Positions 9,370 to 19,835 of a DNA stretch of 64,000 nt are shown here, one piece after another. Each line of letters opens with the position of its first letter. Within the stretch, counting starts at the first letter, position 1. The notes under the pieces are model-generated. The model saw only the letters and a program-made list of their open reading frames with translations. It made no database searches and was not told where the DNA came from. Made by a program: the position numbers and the translations under genes. This DNA is from Nanobdellota archaeon (GTDB lineage Archaea > Nanobdellota > Nanobdellia > Pacearchaeales > GW2011-AR1): the NCBI GenBank assembly GCA_049324275.1, contig JBMOLG010000001.1:47606-111605 (forward strand), in the 5' to 3' direction.

Positions 9370-9395
9370 ATGTCATGACTTTATAGTTATAATAA
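9370..9395. promoter_or_regulatory. Imperfect palindromic operator-like motif (consensus TTGTNACTACT-TTAA-AGTAGTNACAA)
   Basis: ATGTCATGACT-TTAT-AGTTATAATAA; related copies at 24848, 44134, 48125, 58291 and 62715. Confidence 0.45.
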
Positions 9396-9446
9396 TATAT
9401 ATTCCACAAGATAAAAGCTTAAAAATTATCTTTTTAAAAATCTTGG

Positions 9447-10235
9447 ATGGAAAATAAGAATCTTAAATTTGATGGATATGTTGCTGTTGTGCCGAATGAA
9501 ATTTACAGATCAAAAAAGATTATTCCCTTATATGATGACATTAAAGTTGTAGAAATTATGACTTTAAAAAGGCTGGAAATAAAAAGCCAGCAACAGGTTT
9601 TAGATTTTATTCAACAAAGCATTGAACAATATCTTTCAAACCCTGCTAAATTAAATCCAAAATTAGTTGAATCAATAAAGAATCTTCCGGAAAAAGAGAT
9701 TCATGCAATTAAAAATAAGGAATCTGAAATATTGGAACATTTAACGCTACATGATTACCCCAATACTTCTTCTCCGACGGGTTATCTTATTATAAAAAAT
9801 GGATGGATGGAAAATAAATCCAGAAATCAAAAGAAAATCAGGGATGAAGATCTTATACAAAACAGTCTTTGGAGCTTATACCTTCAGGCAGATAAGATTT
9901 TTGACAAACATTTATTGGAAACATTTATTGAAAATAAAGTAACCTTAAGCCAGACACTTTCTGTTTCAGGCAATTATGAAAACTATAGTACGGTTGCAGA
10001 TGAAATAAGGATAATTTATAATACTCTTGATTCTCCTGAAAAAATCTTTAAAATAACAGATATAAGCCAGAAATCATTGGAGGACAGGGTTTCTTTTGTT
10101 ATAGCCAGCACTGCAACTTGCTTGGCAAAGGAAGGTTTAGCAAAAGTTATTTTCCATGGAATGCAATCTGTAACAGATAAGGGAGATAATAACCCTGAAA
10201 CAAATCTGAATTTTTCCCCTAATGAATTTAATTAA
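9447..10235 (+). CDS. Hypothetical protein
   Basis: 262-aa ORF; no motif recognised. Confidence 0.65.
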   Translation: MENKNLKFDGYVAVVPNEIYRSKKIIPLYDDIKVVEIMTLKRLEIKSQQQVLDFIQQSIEQYLSNPAKLNPKLVESIKNLPEKEIHAIKNKESEILEHLTLHDYPNTSSPTGYLIIKNGWMENKSRNQKKIRDEDLIQNSLWSLYLQADKIFDKHLLETFIENKVTLSQTLSVSGNYENYSTVADEIRIIYNTLDSPEKIFKITDISQKSLEDRVSFVIASTATCLAKEGLAKVIFHGMQSVTDKGDNNPETNLNFSPNEFN

Positions 10236-10237
10236 TC

Positions 10238-11965
10238 TTAAATTCCCCAAGTTGGATTAAATTTTCTTTTTATTTCTGCAATTTCCTGAAGAATTTTAAC
10301 TTCATCTTGTGAAAGAAGATTCTTATGTTCCTTGAATTTTCTAAATTGGCTTTCTGATAAATTTGAATATAAATACTGAGATTCCTTTAATTGCCTTTCA
10401 AAATTTACTCCTGGAATTGAGATTGCTATTTCTTTTCCTTTTTCAGCCTGTGAAAGAGTAGATTTATCTTCCTGGATTGTTTTTATTCTTCCAATCTTTT
10501 CATCATCTTGATTGATTAATTCTATCTCTTGCTTTAATATTCCCCCGTCAATCCTAACTCCGAAAATTGCAGGGTTAGAGTTTCGGAACACAAATTGAAG
10601 TATTGTAATTTTAGCAAGATTTGGAAGTTCTTCTAATTTTCCTCTTTCAATCTCTTTTAACTTTTGGCTTTTCCATTCCTCAAAGTCTTCAATAATTTTG
10701 AAAACAACAGGATTAGTAATAATCTTGATTTCTTTGAGTTCTTTTTCATCAATCTCTTTTTCTACTTCAACATTAAATCCTAAAATCACCTTGTCCTCTT
10801 CAGCATTTATTGATGCCTGATAAATATCTTTTTTAGTTATATTCCCAATTCCTGCTTTTATTACTTTTATCTGTTTTTGCCTTAACAAAAATAAAAGCGC
10901 TTCAAGGCTTCCCAATGATTCTGCTTTAATCAAGATTCCCTGATTATCCGTCTGTATTTCTTTTTCTAATTCTTCTGAAAACTCCTTTTTTAACTCTTCA
11001 AAATTATTTTCTATTTTTTGAAACCTCATCCCCGGCAGAACTTCTTCTTTTGAGGTTATTTGAAGCCTCAAACCGGATGCTGCCGATGAGTTTTCAACAG
11101 ATTTGTATCCTTTTGACAATGGAAGGGCTTCTTGTACGCTTCTTACCTTTGTTACAATTGGAATCCCAAGATTTGCGATTATTATTTCGTCATTCAATTT
11201 CAAAGTCCCATCATAAAGAATTGACTCAATATAATTCATGGCCTTTTCTTTTTTAACTTCAAGAATAACCCCCTTTGCGCTTTCATGCAGGGAAATTCTT
11301 TGTTTTAAAAATTTCTGGGATAGTGCACATAAAATTGCGAGAATTTCAGAGATTCCCTCTTTAGTCTTGGCGGAGCACGGGACTATCGCTATGTTTTTTG
11401 TGAAATCGGTTATTTTAGTGTAAAGTTCTGCATCAAATTTATAGGAACTTAATGAGCCTATCAATGTATAAAGCTTCTCGTCAAAAATTTCCCTAATTCG
11501 GATTGCCTGCTTTTCAATGTTTTCAAAAAAAAATTCAGATGATGACTTCCATCCCGAGATGTTATCTATTTTATTTAATGCGATAATAAATGGTGTTTTG
11601 TTTGCTCTAAGTATTTGAAGTACCTCTGAAGTTTGTGGCTTTATTCCTTCATTTATATCAATAACTAAAACAGCAAGGTCTGCTAAGGAGCCACCCCGTT
11701 TTCTAAGATTTGTAAAAGCTGCATGACCTGGCGTATCAATATAAAGAAATCCGGGAATTTCCAGAGGAACTCTAAATTTTTCAAGTACTGCTCCTGCACG
11801 TTCAATAATTATTTCAGCTGGCATAAATGTGGACGAAATTTTTTGTGTGATTCTTCCTGCTTCCTCGTCTGCAATTTTTGTTCCTCGTATACTATCCAGT
11901 ATGCTTGTCTTTCCATGATCCACATGCCCGCAAACCGTAACAATTGGGCTTCGTATTTTTTCCAT
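10238..11965 (-). CDS. infB: Translation initiation factor aIF5B/IF2
   Basis: RSPIVTVCGHVDHGKT, DTPGHAAF.NLR.RGG, NKID, SAKT. Confidence 0.97.
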   Translation of the reverse strand: MEKIRSPIVTVCGHVDHGKTSILDSIRGTKIADEEAGRITQKISSTFMPAEIIIERAGAVLEKFRVPLEIPGFLYIDTPGHAAFTNLRKRGGSLADLAVLVIDINEGIKPQTSEVLQILRANKTPFIIALNKIDNISGWKSSSEFFFENIEKQAIRIREIFDEKLYTLIGSLSSYKFDAELYTKITDFTKNIAIVPCSAKTKEGISEILAILCALSQKFLKQRISLHESAKGVILEVKKEKAMNYIESILYDGTLKLNDEIIIANLGIPIVTKVRSVQEALPLSKGYKSVENSSAASGLRLQITSKEEVLPGMRFQKIENNFEELKKEFSEELEKEIQTDNQGILIKAESLGSLEALLFLLRQKQIKVIKAGIGNITKKDIYQASINAEEDKVILGFNVEVEKEIDEKELKEIKIITNPVVFKIIEDFEEWKSQKLKEIERGKLEELPNLAKITILQFVFRNSNPAIFGVRIDGGILKQEIELINQDDEKIGRIKTIQEDKSTLSQAEKGKEIAISIPGVNFERQLKESQYLYSNLSESQFRKFKEHKNLLSQDEVKILQEIAEIKRKFNPTWGI

Positions 11966-12035
11966 CTATCTTTTTGTTCACAGTCATATTTAAAAGTTGA
12001 CCTTAATCAGACATATTAAAAGAACATAAATTAAA

Positions 12036-12383
12036 ATGACGCAAGCAATACAAAAGCTTATCAGATCTGAAAAAGAATTCTTAGAACTGAAAGGGAATTT
12101 TACAGAAACGGTACGATTAAAATTTTATCCCAATGATCATAAAAAGTTTAATGGCAGATATGTTTATGAAAAAACAAACAGCAATTATACATTTGTAAGA
12201 AAAGGCGATGAACTTGATTCAATATATCTAATTAGTTGTGACATTAAATATCTTAGCTTTGATAAAGAAGGAGTATTTCCCAATTCATTTAATTATAATT
12301 TTCATCTATTGAAGTCTTCTGATGAAGGATATGGGCAGGTAAAAAAAAGACTAGAATCAATTGATGAATGGAAAACTGATTAA
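12036..12383 (+). CDS. Hypothetical protein
   Basis: 115-aa ORF filling the gap between recognised genes. Confidence 0.55.
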   Translation: MTQAIQKLIRSEKEFLELKGNFTETVRLKFYPNDHKKFNGRYVYEKTNSNYTFVRKGDELDSIYLISCDIKYLSFDKEGVFPNSFNYNFHLLKSSDEGYGQVKKRLESIDEWKTD

Positions 12384-12438
12384 ATTTGTCTAAAACTATA
12401 CTATCAACATTTTTACAATAATTTTAATTTTTTGCTTT

Positions 12439-12891
12439 ATGAAGAATCATTTTTTATTAAGCATAGGGCTTTTAATTTTTCTTTTAGGCTTTGTAAGCGC
12501 GCAGCTTTATCAAAATTATCGTGAAACTGAATACAATTTTAATATAAAAAAAGTCTCTTCGTCTGAACAGGAGATAATTGACAATTGCAAGGATAAAGAG
12601 ATAATAAGCGCATCATATTGCTTAAAAGATAATGTCAAAACTTTTTATAAGTATAAAAAAACATGGGATTCTAATTCCCTAAATTTTTCAGAGCTAAAAG
12701 AAAATGGAGGGGATTGCAAAAACTATGCTGAACTCTACGAAAAACTTGGAACTCAGCTCGGATTTAATGCAGAAATTAGCAAAATAAAAATTGATTATAC
12801 AAAAGCTCACGCTTTTACTGTCTTGTCTAATGAGGATGCTTATTGTGTTATAGATATGTTAGATGTCAAATGCACTGAATTTGCCCATTAA
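12439..12891 (+). CDS. Secreted transglutaminase-like (Cys-His-Asp) protein
   Basis: N-terminal signal peptide; GGDCKNYA, HAF, VID. Confidence 0.7.
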   Translation: MKNHFLLSIGLLIFLLGFVSAQLYQNYRETEYNFNIKKVSSSEQEIIDNCKDKEIISASYCLKDNVKTFYKYKKTWDSNSLNFSELKENGGDCKNYAELYEKLGTQLGFNAEISKIKIDYTKAHAFTVLSNEDAYCVIDMLDVKCTEFAH

Positions 12892-12925
12892 TAAGTTTAT
12901 AAATATTGCAGTTAATAACAACTTA

Positions 12926-13372
12926 ATGAAACAAGAAAATTCTGCAGGAGCTTTAATATTTTATTTTGATAAGGAGCAATTCGAGCCAAATTTTCTTCTT
13001 TTAAAATATACTAATTATTGGGGATTTCCAAAGGGCTGGATTGAAAAAAATGAAACTGAAAAAGAAGCAGCTATAAGGGAAACAAAAGAGGAGACAAATT
13101 TAGATGTTGAACTGATTCCTGATTTTAAGGAGATTCAAAGATGGATTTTTCGTGCCAAGGATGAGTTAATCAAAAAAGAATGCACTTATTTTTTGGCTGA
13201 AATAAGTGAAGATGATTCAAAAAAAGTTAAGATCTCAAATGAGCATGAAGAATTTATTTTCATAACATTAGAAAAATCAAAAGAATATATCAAAATAAAA
13301 TCAAATAAAGAAATGTTAAAAAAGGCTTTTGATTTCATTAAAGAGAAAAAAAAGCAAAAAACATTATTTTAA
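12926..13372 (+). CDS. NUDIX hydrolase (Ap4A hydrolase-like)
   Basis: WGFPKGWIEKNETEKEAAIRETKEETNL Nudix box; SNEH; ATG at 12926 preferred. Confidence 0.9.
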   Translation: MKQENSAGALIFYFDKEQFEPNFLLLKYTNYWGFPKGWIEKNETEKEAAIRETKEETNLDVELIPDFKEIQRWIFRAKDELIKKECTYFLAEISEDDSKKVKISNEHEEFIFITLEKSKEYIKIKSNKEMLKKAFDFIKEKKKQKTLF

Positions 13373-13696
13373 ATGAACCTCATTAAGACATTAGTTGCAA
13401 CAAGTGTTTTAGGAACCACATTTTATCTAGTCAAAAATTATCCTTATTTCTCATGCTGTATATATGAGTCTCAAATAGCCTGCGCATTTTCAAATTATTA
13501 TTCTTTTGTTAGAAATAAAGATTATTATGAAATTTTAAGAAATAAAATTGAAATGGAATTCAGCAGATTTACGCCAGAAGAAAGAGCTTTAATTAAAAAA
13601 TTTAAAGCAATGACTCCTGAAGAAAAAAAAGAGAAGATGCAAAAGGCAAAAGAGATATTTTTAGAATTTTTGAAAAATAGAGATGAATTTAATTAG
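13373..13696 (+). CDS. Hypothetical protein
   Basis: 107-aa ORF abutting the NUDIX stop; hydrophobic N-terminus. Confidence 0.5.
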   Translation: MNLIKTLVATSVLGTTFYLVKNYPYFSCCIYESQIACAFSNYYSFVRNKDYYEILRNKIEMEFSRFTPEERALIKKFKAMTPEEKKEKMQKAKEIFLEFLKNRDEFN

Positions 13697-14612
13697 AATT
13701 CATTAAGAAAGATAATAATGACATCCTAATATAAAGTCCATTCTCGACCTGCCTGAAATAAGCTATTCTCGAATCATTTTCTTCGATTTTTATCGGAATA
13801 TCTATCTCTTCAACATGAGGCAATGGATGCAAAATTCTTGCATCAGATTTTATTAAATTTAGATTTTCAGAATTGATGATGTATTTCCCTTTTGCTTTTT
13901 CATAATCCTCAAGGCTTATTCTTTCTTTTTGTATTCGGGTCATATATGCAATATCAACTTCAGGCAAAATTGAATTCAAATTATTTTCTTCATTAAATTG
14001 AACATTATGTTTGTTCAAATAATCTTTAATGTCTTCTTTCATTCGTAAATTTTCAGGCGAAACAAAAATAATTTTAATATTCTCAAATTTTCCAAAAAGA
14101 TAGCACAAAGACCGGACAGTTCTTCCTGAAGACAAGTCTCCGACCATCGCAATTTTGAAATTATCAAGCCGGCCTATTTCCCTATAAATTGTATAAGCAT
14201 CTAAAAGCGCCTGAGTTGGATGCTGGCCTTTTCCATCGCCTGCATTTATTATTGGAACTTTGCTGATTTTGGATGCTTTCTTTGCAGTACCTTCTTCATA
14301 ATGCCTTATAACAATGCAATCGGAATAACTTCCAACGGTTCGTATAGTATCTTCAATTGATTCACCTTTAATCGCAGATGAATATTCTTTTGCATTTTCT
14401 GTAGATATGACATTTCCCCCTAACCTCATCATTGCAGATTCAAAACTCAATCTTGTTCTTGTGCTTGGCTCATAAAAAAGCGTTGCAAGAATTCTCCCAT
14501 CTAATATCTTTGAATATTTTTTTCTTTCATCTCTTAACTCATCTGCCCTTGAAAATAAGCTAAACATGAGTTCTTTAGTCAACTGCTGTGATTCAACAAG
14601 ATGATTTACCAT
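13689..14612 (-). CDS. pyrB: Aspartate carbamoyltransferase catalytic subunit
   Basis: FYEPSTRTRLSFE, NAGDG..QHPTQALLD, TRIQKER, HPLP. Confidence 0.97.
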   Translation of the reverse strand: MVNHLVESQQLTKELMFSLFSRADELRDERKKYSKILDGRILATLFYEPSTRTRLSFESAMMRLGGNVISTENAKEYSSAIKGESIEDTIRTVGSYSDCIVIRHYEEGTAKKASKISKVPIINAGDGKGQHPTQALLDAYTIYREIGRLDNFKIAMVGDLSSGRTVRSLCYLFGKFENIKIIFVSPENLRMKEDIKDYLNKHNVQFNEENNLNSILPEVDIAYMTRIQKERISLEDYEKAKGKYIINSENLNLIKSDARILHPLPHVEEIDIPIKIEENDSRIAYFRQVENGLYIRMSLLSFLMNSN

Positions 14613-14833
14613 TTTAAAATTTAAGATGGAGGGGGCTTTTTAAGGATTTAGGTTTTGTTGTCTAAACAATTTATTTTTTCCATTATAACTTTAATAATTG
14701 TAGAATAAAAAGAATAAAAACCTGTCAATAAAAATGCCGATTAGGATAATGATTCTGATCAAAATAATTAAACCGAAACTAGATAGTCAATCCTGCCCCA
14801 CAAAAAATCATCGAGAAATTTTAAAATTACATT

Positions 14834-16021
14834 TTATCTTGTAATAATCTCTATTCCGTCTCTATTTTTCAAAATATGATCCTTGCCGACGATTTGTTTT
14901 GTTTTTGCATTAATGGCCTTGATGAAATTATTTCCAATATCTGTATGAAGTTTGTATGCAAAGTCTAATGCAGTTGTCCCGCTTGGAACCAAAAAGCAAT
15001 CGGGCAAAATATTTCCCTTTGAATCAGCGAGCTTGCTTGCGCCTGCAGGAAAAACTGCAATATATCTTAAAATTTCAAATACTGCTTTGTTTAAAATTTC
15101 CTGAATCCCGGTAGAGCCATAGACATCTAAAATATTTTTCTGAATGCTTTCTAAAGCTTGTTTTTGCTTTTCATTAACTTTTGATTCATTGATTTTAAAA
15201 TTTGAATCACCAGGAATATATTCAATTAATCCGGCTTTTGATGCTTCCCTTAATGCAAGTTCAGAATCAGCAGAGCAGGGAATTATTGTTAATTGAGGAT
15301 AAAATTCTTTTAGTTTATCCAGATTTTCCTTAGAATCTTTTTTGTCAATTTTATTAGCTGCAATTATCATTGGCTTTGTCAAATGCCTTAAAGCGTGTGC
15401 AAAATTCATCAGCTGTTCATCACTCCATTCGGCAGGCTTTTCTGCATTGTAACTTAATTTTAATAAGACGTGCTTGATATCATCTTCATTTACCTTTAAT
15501 CCTGAAAATTGTTTTGCAACTGCTTTCGCAAAATTTTCTTTTCTATTTTGGATTGTTCTCGCAAATGATTTCCAGACTTTTTTTAATATGCCTGCATACC
15601 ATAAGTCTAATTCATTTTCAAGCATTTCAACGTCCTGCAAAATATTATGAGACCGAGTTTCTTTTCCTTCTTCATCTGTTGTTCCTGAAACATCTACAAT
15701 ATGGATAAATAAATCTGCTTGTCTTAAATCATCGAGAAATTGATTGCCCAATCCTCTGCCTTCACTTGCTCCTTTAACCAAACCTGCAACATCCATTAAA
15801 TCAACCGGGACGAATCTTATATGGTTGACACAATAGCCAGTTCTTGGCATGCATTGAACCCCGAAATCTTTGTCAATGCAGTCCACCTTTACATAGCCGA
15901 CACCATGATTCGGCTTTATTGTCGCAAAAGGGTAACTTGCAATCAGAACATCAGCGAGAGTTGCAGCTTTGAAAAATGTTGACTTTCCACATGAAGGCTT
16001 TCCGACTAATCCAAGTAACAT
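14834..16021 (-). CDS. ychF: Obg-family ATPase/GTPase YchF (archaeal type, TGS domain)
   Basis: GKPSCGKST, YPFATIKPN, DVAGLV.GA..G.GLGNQFL, NKID, C-terminal TGS. Confidence 0.92.
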   Translation of the reverse strand: MLLGLVGKPSCGKSTFFKAATLADVLIASYPFATIKPNHGVGYVKVDCIDKDFGVQCMPRTGYCVNHIRFVPVDLMDVAGLVKGASEGRGLGNQFLDDLRQADLFIHIVDVSGTTDEEGKETRSHNILQDVEMLENELDLWYAGILKKVWKSFARTIQNRKENFAKAVAKQFSGLKVNEDDIKHVLLKLSYNAEKPAEWSDEQLMNFAHALRHLTKPMIIAANKIDKKDSKENLDKLKEFYPQLTIIPCSADSELALREASKAGLIEYIPGDSNFKINESKVNEKQKQALESIQKNILDVYGSTGIQEILNKAVFEILRYIAVFPAGASKLADSKGNILPDCFLVPSGTTALDFAYKLHTDIGNNFIKAINAKTKQIVGKDHILKNRDGIEIITR

Positions 16022-16092
16022 AGTTCTATCTGGTGAATAGGGTATAAAAAGATTAAGATTAATACTTAATTCCGAGCAGAAGATAAGATTTA

Positions 16093-16635
16093 TTATTCTT
16101 TTTTTAGAAATTCTCTATAACTTATCAACAATTTATTTGATGTCTTCTTAATATCGCTTAATACCTCTTCAAGTCCCGGATGAATATTGCCATAATTAAT
16201 CTCATTAGTTTTTATCCAGCAATAGCCTGAATGCTCCCAATTAAGATTAGGTTCAAAATTTAATCTTTCTTTCTTATTAATTACAAGAAGAAAAGTGTAA
16301 TAAGTTAATCTTGAATTTGCATATGCGAATGGATTTGTCAGGAGTTTTCCATTTGGCAGATATCCCATTTCTTCAAATGATTCTGCAACTGCTGTTATAA
16401 TTGGGCTTTCTAAATTATTTTTATATAATTTACTCATTCCTCCTGAAATGGAAAGAATTCCCGGATTTCTGACTCTCAAGGATCTTTCTAAGGCTAAAAA
16501 TTCTTTTGTCTCTGCTGAATAAATTAAAATGCCTGCCCCAACTTTTCTTTCAAAGTTATCTGGAATATTTTTTCCTAGAGAGTAATCTTTCAGTTGAGAG
16601 TATTGCTGATATGTTAGGGAGGAATTATTTTGCAT
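16093..16635 (-). CDS. Divergent NUDIX-fold protein
   Basis: GAGILIY...FLALERS...SISGG...TAVAESFEEMG...LNWEHSGYCW. Confidence 0.65.
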   Translation of the reverse strand: MQNNSSLTYQQYSQLKDYSLGKNIPDNFERKVGAGILIYSAETKEFLALERSLRVRNPGILSISGGMSKLYKNNLESPIITAVAESFEEMGYLPNGKLLTNPFAYANSRLTYYTFLLVINKKERLNFEPNLNWEHSGYCWIKTNEINYGNIHPGLEEVLSDIKKTSNKLLISYREFLKKE

Positions 16636-17464
16636 TTTGTTCTCCCGGATTAAGTTTAGTTGAATCTAATGCCCTAATATAAAATTGAGAAAACTCATTT
16701 AATCTGCTTACAGGAAATTCTATATCAAATATACTTAGAGATTCTTTTCTTGGATTAAACAAATCCCGTCGCTTATGAGCTGCATATTCAACATCTTCTA
16801 ATGTATATACTAATCTAAATAATGAATTTACATTCATTTTTCTTTCTTCCATCTGGCCAAAACGATATTCTTTGAAAAAATTTCTTAATTGATCAGAAAT
16901 AAATTCATTTGAATTTGATTTTGAAATATCTGCTTCAATGATCTCAAATCTATTGAATTCATGAATATATAGATCTCTTGCATCTCCATAATATTTGAAC
17001 GAATGAGTCCAAAAAGATTCAGAATAAAAAAATATATTTGAAACTTGCCCTTCTGAATCTATTGCTCTAAATATCAAATTATTTTCTATTCCAATCGTAT
17101 GATCTCGTGAAACAGAGCTTTGTTGATTAAAATCTCTTTCTTTTTTAAGAATGGGGACAAAAATCTTTGCATTTTCTTCTCGAAGATTCAGAAAATTAAC
17201 AAAATTAACTTTGCATGAATCTAATTGCTCCCAATCTATCAATCTGTATATGTCTGTACTTAATTCAGTAAATCTAATCAAAGGGCTCATCTGCAAATAA
17301 TTATCTCTTAATACTTGAGCTATTTCTCCCTGCTTTAAAGATTCAAAAATAGAAGCATGAAAATTTTCAACCAACAAATTTCTTTCTGGGTCAATTTGCT
17401 TTTCCTTTTCTTCTAATTGGCTAATCTTTCTTCTCAATTTTGTTGACTGTTCTTCTAAGTTCAT
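16625..17464 (-). CDS. Hypothetical protein, paralog of 17461-18240
   Basis: Shared MNLEEQSTKL, FRAID..SN.FFY, F.P.KESL..F.IE.P. Confidence 0.7.
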   Translation of the reverse strand: MNLEEQSTKLRRKISQLEEKEKQIDPERNLLVENFHASIFESLKQGEIAQVLRDNYLQMSPLIRFTELSTDIYRLIDWEQLDSCKVNFVNFLNLREENAKIFVPILKKERDFNQQSSVSRDHTIGIENNLIFRAIDSEGQVSNIFFYSESFWTHSFKYYGDARDLYIHEFNRFEIIEADISKSNSNEFISDQLRNFFKEYRFGQMEERKMNVNSLFRLVYTLEDVEYAAHKRRDLFNPRKESLSIFDIEFPVSRLNEFSQFYIRALDSTKLNPGEQNAK

Positions 17465-18240
17465 TTTTGTTCTATCGAGTTTGATTTAGTTGAATTGTCA
17501 TTGATTTTAACAGGATAGTCTAATCCTCTGATCAAATATTCTGTAAATTTAGATAATCCATGAAATGGATACTCTATTCCAAAAACTTTTAGTGATTCTT
17601 TCTTCGGGCTAAATATATCTGTCCTATGGTGATCGACGTACTTTGTATTTGTAACTTCAGTTTTTATTTGAAAGATTAAATCAAACTTTATCTTAGTCTC
17701 CCTTCCATCAAAATCATCAAAAAATCTTCTTGCCTGATTCAATATAAAATCTTCTGAATATGATTCTGAAATTTGCGCTTCAGCTATCTTTAATATCCTA
17801 ACGTCTCTATCCTCAAGGTCATATAGCCCTTTATCTTCAGGATAATCATAGAGATATGCCCTGGTATTGGTTGATTCACGATAAAAAAATACATTCGACT
17901 TGTTTAGATTTGCATCTATTGCCCTAAAGAAAAACTTGTCATTAGAACCAACTCTGGAATCTCTTGAATTCCCATACCTTTTGTTTAAGCTTTCAGATTC
18001 GTGTGAACATGGCATAAAACCGCCATAGTTTAGAAAATCTCCTAATTTTATTTCATAAAGATTGTTCTCCTTCTTACAAGTATCCCTGGGCAAATAGTTT
18101 TCACTTAGAATTTTTGAGATATCCTCTCCTTTCAATGATTCGAAAACTGATTGAAAAAATTTATTCTTTAGGATATTCTTTTCATTCTCTAACTGTTGTA
18201 GTTCTCTCATTAATTTTGTTGACTGTTCTTCTAAGTTCAT
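17461..18240 (-). CDS. Hypothetical protein, paralog of 16625-17464
   Basis: Same shared motifs; ATGA overlaps with both neighbours; GGAGG upstream. Confidence 0.7.
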   Translation of the reverse strand: MNLEEQSTKLMRELQQLENEKNILKNKFFQSVFESLKGEDISKILSENYLPRDTCKKENNLYEIKLGDFLNYGGFMPCSHESESLNKRYGNSRDSRVGSNDKFFFRAIDANLNKSNVFFYRESTNTRAYLYDYPEDKGLYDLEDRDVRILKIAEAQISESYSEDFILNQARRFFDDFDGRETKIKFDLIFQIKTEVTNTKYVDHHRTDIFSPKKESLKVFGIEYPFHGLSKFTEYLIRGLDYPVKINDNSTKSNSIEQK

Positions 18241-18830
18241 TTTCTTCCTCCTTCAACTCGGCTACAAAGAATATCATAGCTATCAATCTCATAACCGTCA
18301 CAAGTTTCAACGTCACAATAATCCAATTTCAGATATAATGAAGATTTCTTATCTCCAAATTTTATTTTTGGAAAATATACTGCAATCCTTGGATTGTGTA
18401 GAACGTCAATAGCTTCTCTGAGATTTTTGACTTTGCCTTTGTCAGCAATTCTACCTGGTTCTATTAACTGAACTTTTGTTTTTTCAAGTGCTTCCTCAAT
18501 TCTTTTATTTCGAAAATCTGAACCGATTACATATTTATCTATTTCTGAGTTTAATCCTAAAAGTATCCATAAAGCATGGTCTTCAAAATCTTCGGGTTGC
18601 CAGGAGCCTAAAATGCTTCTATTAGAATAATCTTCCCAATCTAAAAAGTCATGAAAATCCTCCCAATCAGACATGACTGAATTTTTTAACAAATTTCTTG
18701 CACCATGCTTCCAAGCTCTAAAATAATTCTGGTCTCTCTTTGAATAACTGGCATAAGCTTTCCCTATACCTCCTATTAATTCTACAGGGCTAAGCTTTTC
18801 CCATTCAATCTGTTGTATTTTGTTTTCCAT
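18237..18830 (-). CDS. Hypothetical protein
   Basis: ORF track starts at 18917; ATG at 18830 (MENKIQ) is more plausible. Confidence 0.6.
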   Translation of the reverse strand: MENKIQQIEWEKLSPVELIGGIGKAYASYSKRDQNYFRAWKHGARNLLKNSVMSDWEDFHDFLDWEDYSNRSILGSWQPEDFEDHALWILLGLNSEIDKYVIGSDFRNKRIEEALEKTKVQLIEPGRIADKGKVKNLREAIDVLHNPRIAVYFPKIKFGDKKSSLYLKLDYCDVETCDGYEIDSYDILCSRVEGGRK

Positions 18831-18932
18831 AGTATCTTCTATGAAAATCTTAATTAATATCTTTCTGCTATCTCTAATATTAAACATATTAAAATTAGAA
18901 ATCTTTAAATAACACAAAGATTACATAAAATT

Positions 18933-19835
18933 ATGGAAAGAAAATTGATCAAACAAGGGATAGGCGGGCTTACATTTTATGTGCCGAACAAATGGGTAAA
19001 AGAAAGAAATCTCAAGGCAGGGGATATGATTAATGTTGAAGAGACCGAAGATAAACTTATTCTATCTAGCAAGAAATTGCAAAAGAAACAAGAGATAGAA
19101 ATAAAAATTGAAAGCGAAAGTAAAGAATTTATAAGAAATTACTTAAATCAGCTTTATCGCCTTGGATTTGATAAAATAAAAATAGAATCAAATAATTCTG
19201 AAAAGCTTTTGCTATGCCAAAAGTTTTCCCAAATGTTTCTATTAGGATTTGAAGTTACAGAAATCAAAAAAAATTTTTGCATAATAGAAAATGTTTCTGA
19301 ACCAAGCGATGAAAAACAGCCAATGATACTAAGAAGAATTTTTTTATTAATAGAAAATTCATTCGAGCTTCTTAAAAATGATTTGGCAAAAAACAAGCCG
19401 GAAAATCAAAAAGAAATCAACAGGAATACAAAAAAAGTCACTCAATATGACAATTTCCTTAAAAGAAATCTCGCAAAGAATAATTTAGCTTTCGGAAAAG
19501 AATTTTTCAATTGGGAAATCTGTAATTTTCTCTTGCTTATACAGCATTCTTTTTTTCATATTTACGAAGACTGCAATCTGGCAAAAAATGAAAAAATTTT
19601 ATATGACTTTATTTTACAGATAGAAAAAAATTTTCAGGGGATTTATGAAGCTTTTTATAAAAAAGATTTCCAAGGATTGGACGGATTTCAAAAGCAGGCA
19701 AATGATATCTTAATAAAAATTCAAAAATCCAAGTTGAAAGAAATTAATTTCTTTCATTATATCTGTGAACTTTCAAGACTGCAGTATCTTTTATGCTCTC
19801 CAATTATAAGTTCTTTTTTGACAATCAAAAACTAA
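18933..19835 (+). CDS. AbrB/MazE-domain PhoU-like regulator
   Basis: MERKLIKQG...VPNKWVKERNLKAGD; LYRLGFDKI; LLGFEV. Confidence 0.82.
   Translation: MERKLIKQGIGGLTFYVPNKWVKERNLKAGDMINVEETEDKLILSSKKLQKKQEIEIKIESESKEFIRNYLNQLYRLGFDKIKIESNNSEKLLLCQKFSQMFLLGFEVTEIKKNFCIIENVSEPSDEKQPMILRRIFLLIENSFELLKNDLAKNKPENQKEINRNTKKVTQYDNFLKRNLAKNNLAFGKEFFNWEICNFLLLIQHSFFHIYEDCNLAKNEKILYDFILQIEKNFQGIYEAFYKKDFQGLDGFQKQANDILIKIQKSKLKEINFFHYICELSRLQYLLCSPIISSFLTIKN

Noticed and set aside
14613..14833. Possible degraded ORF or further operator copy between pyrB and ychF
   Set aside because: No consistent reading frame; the motif match is weak and not at the conserved spacing from TATA.
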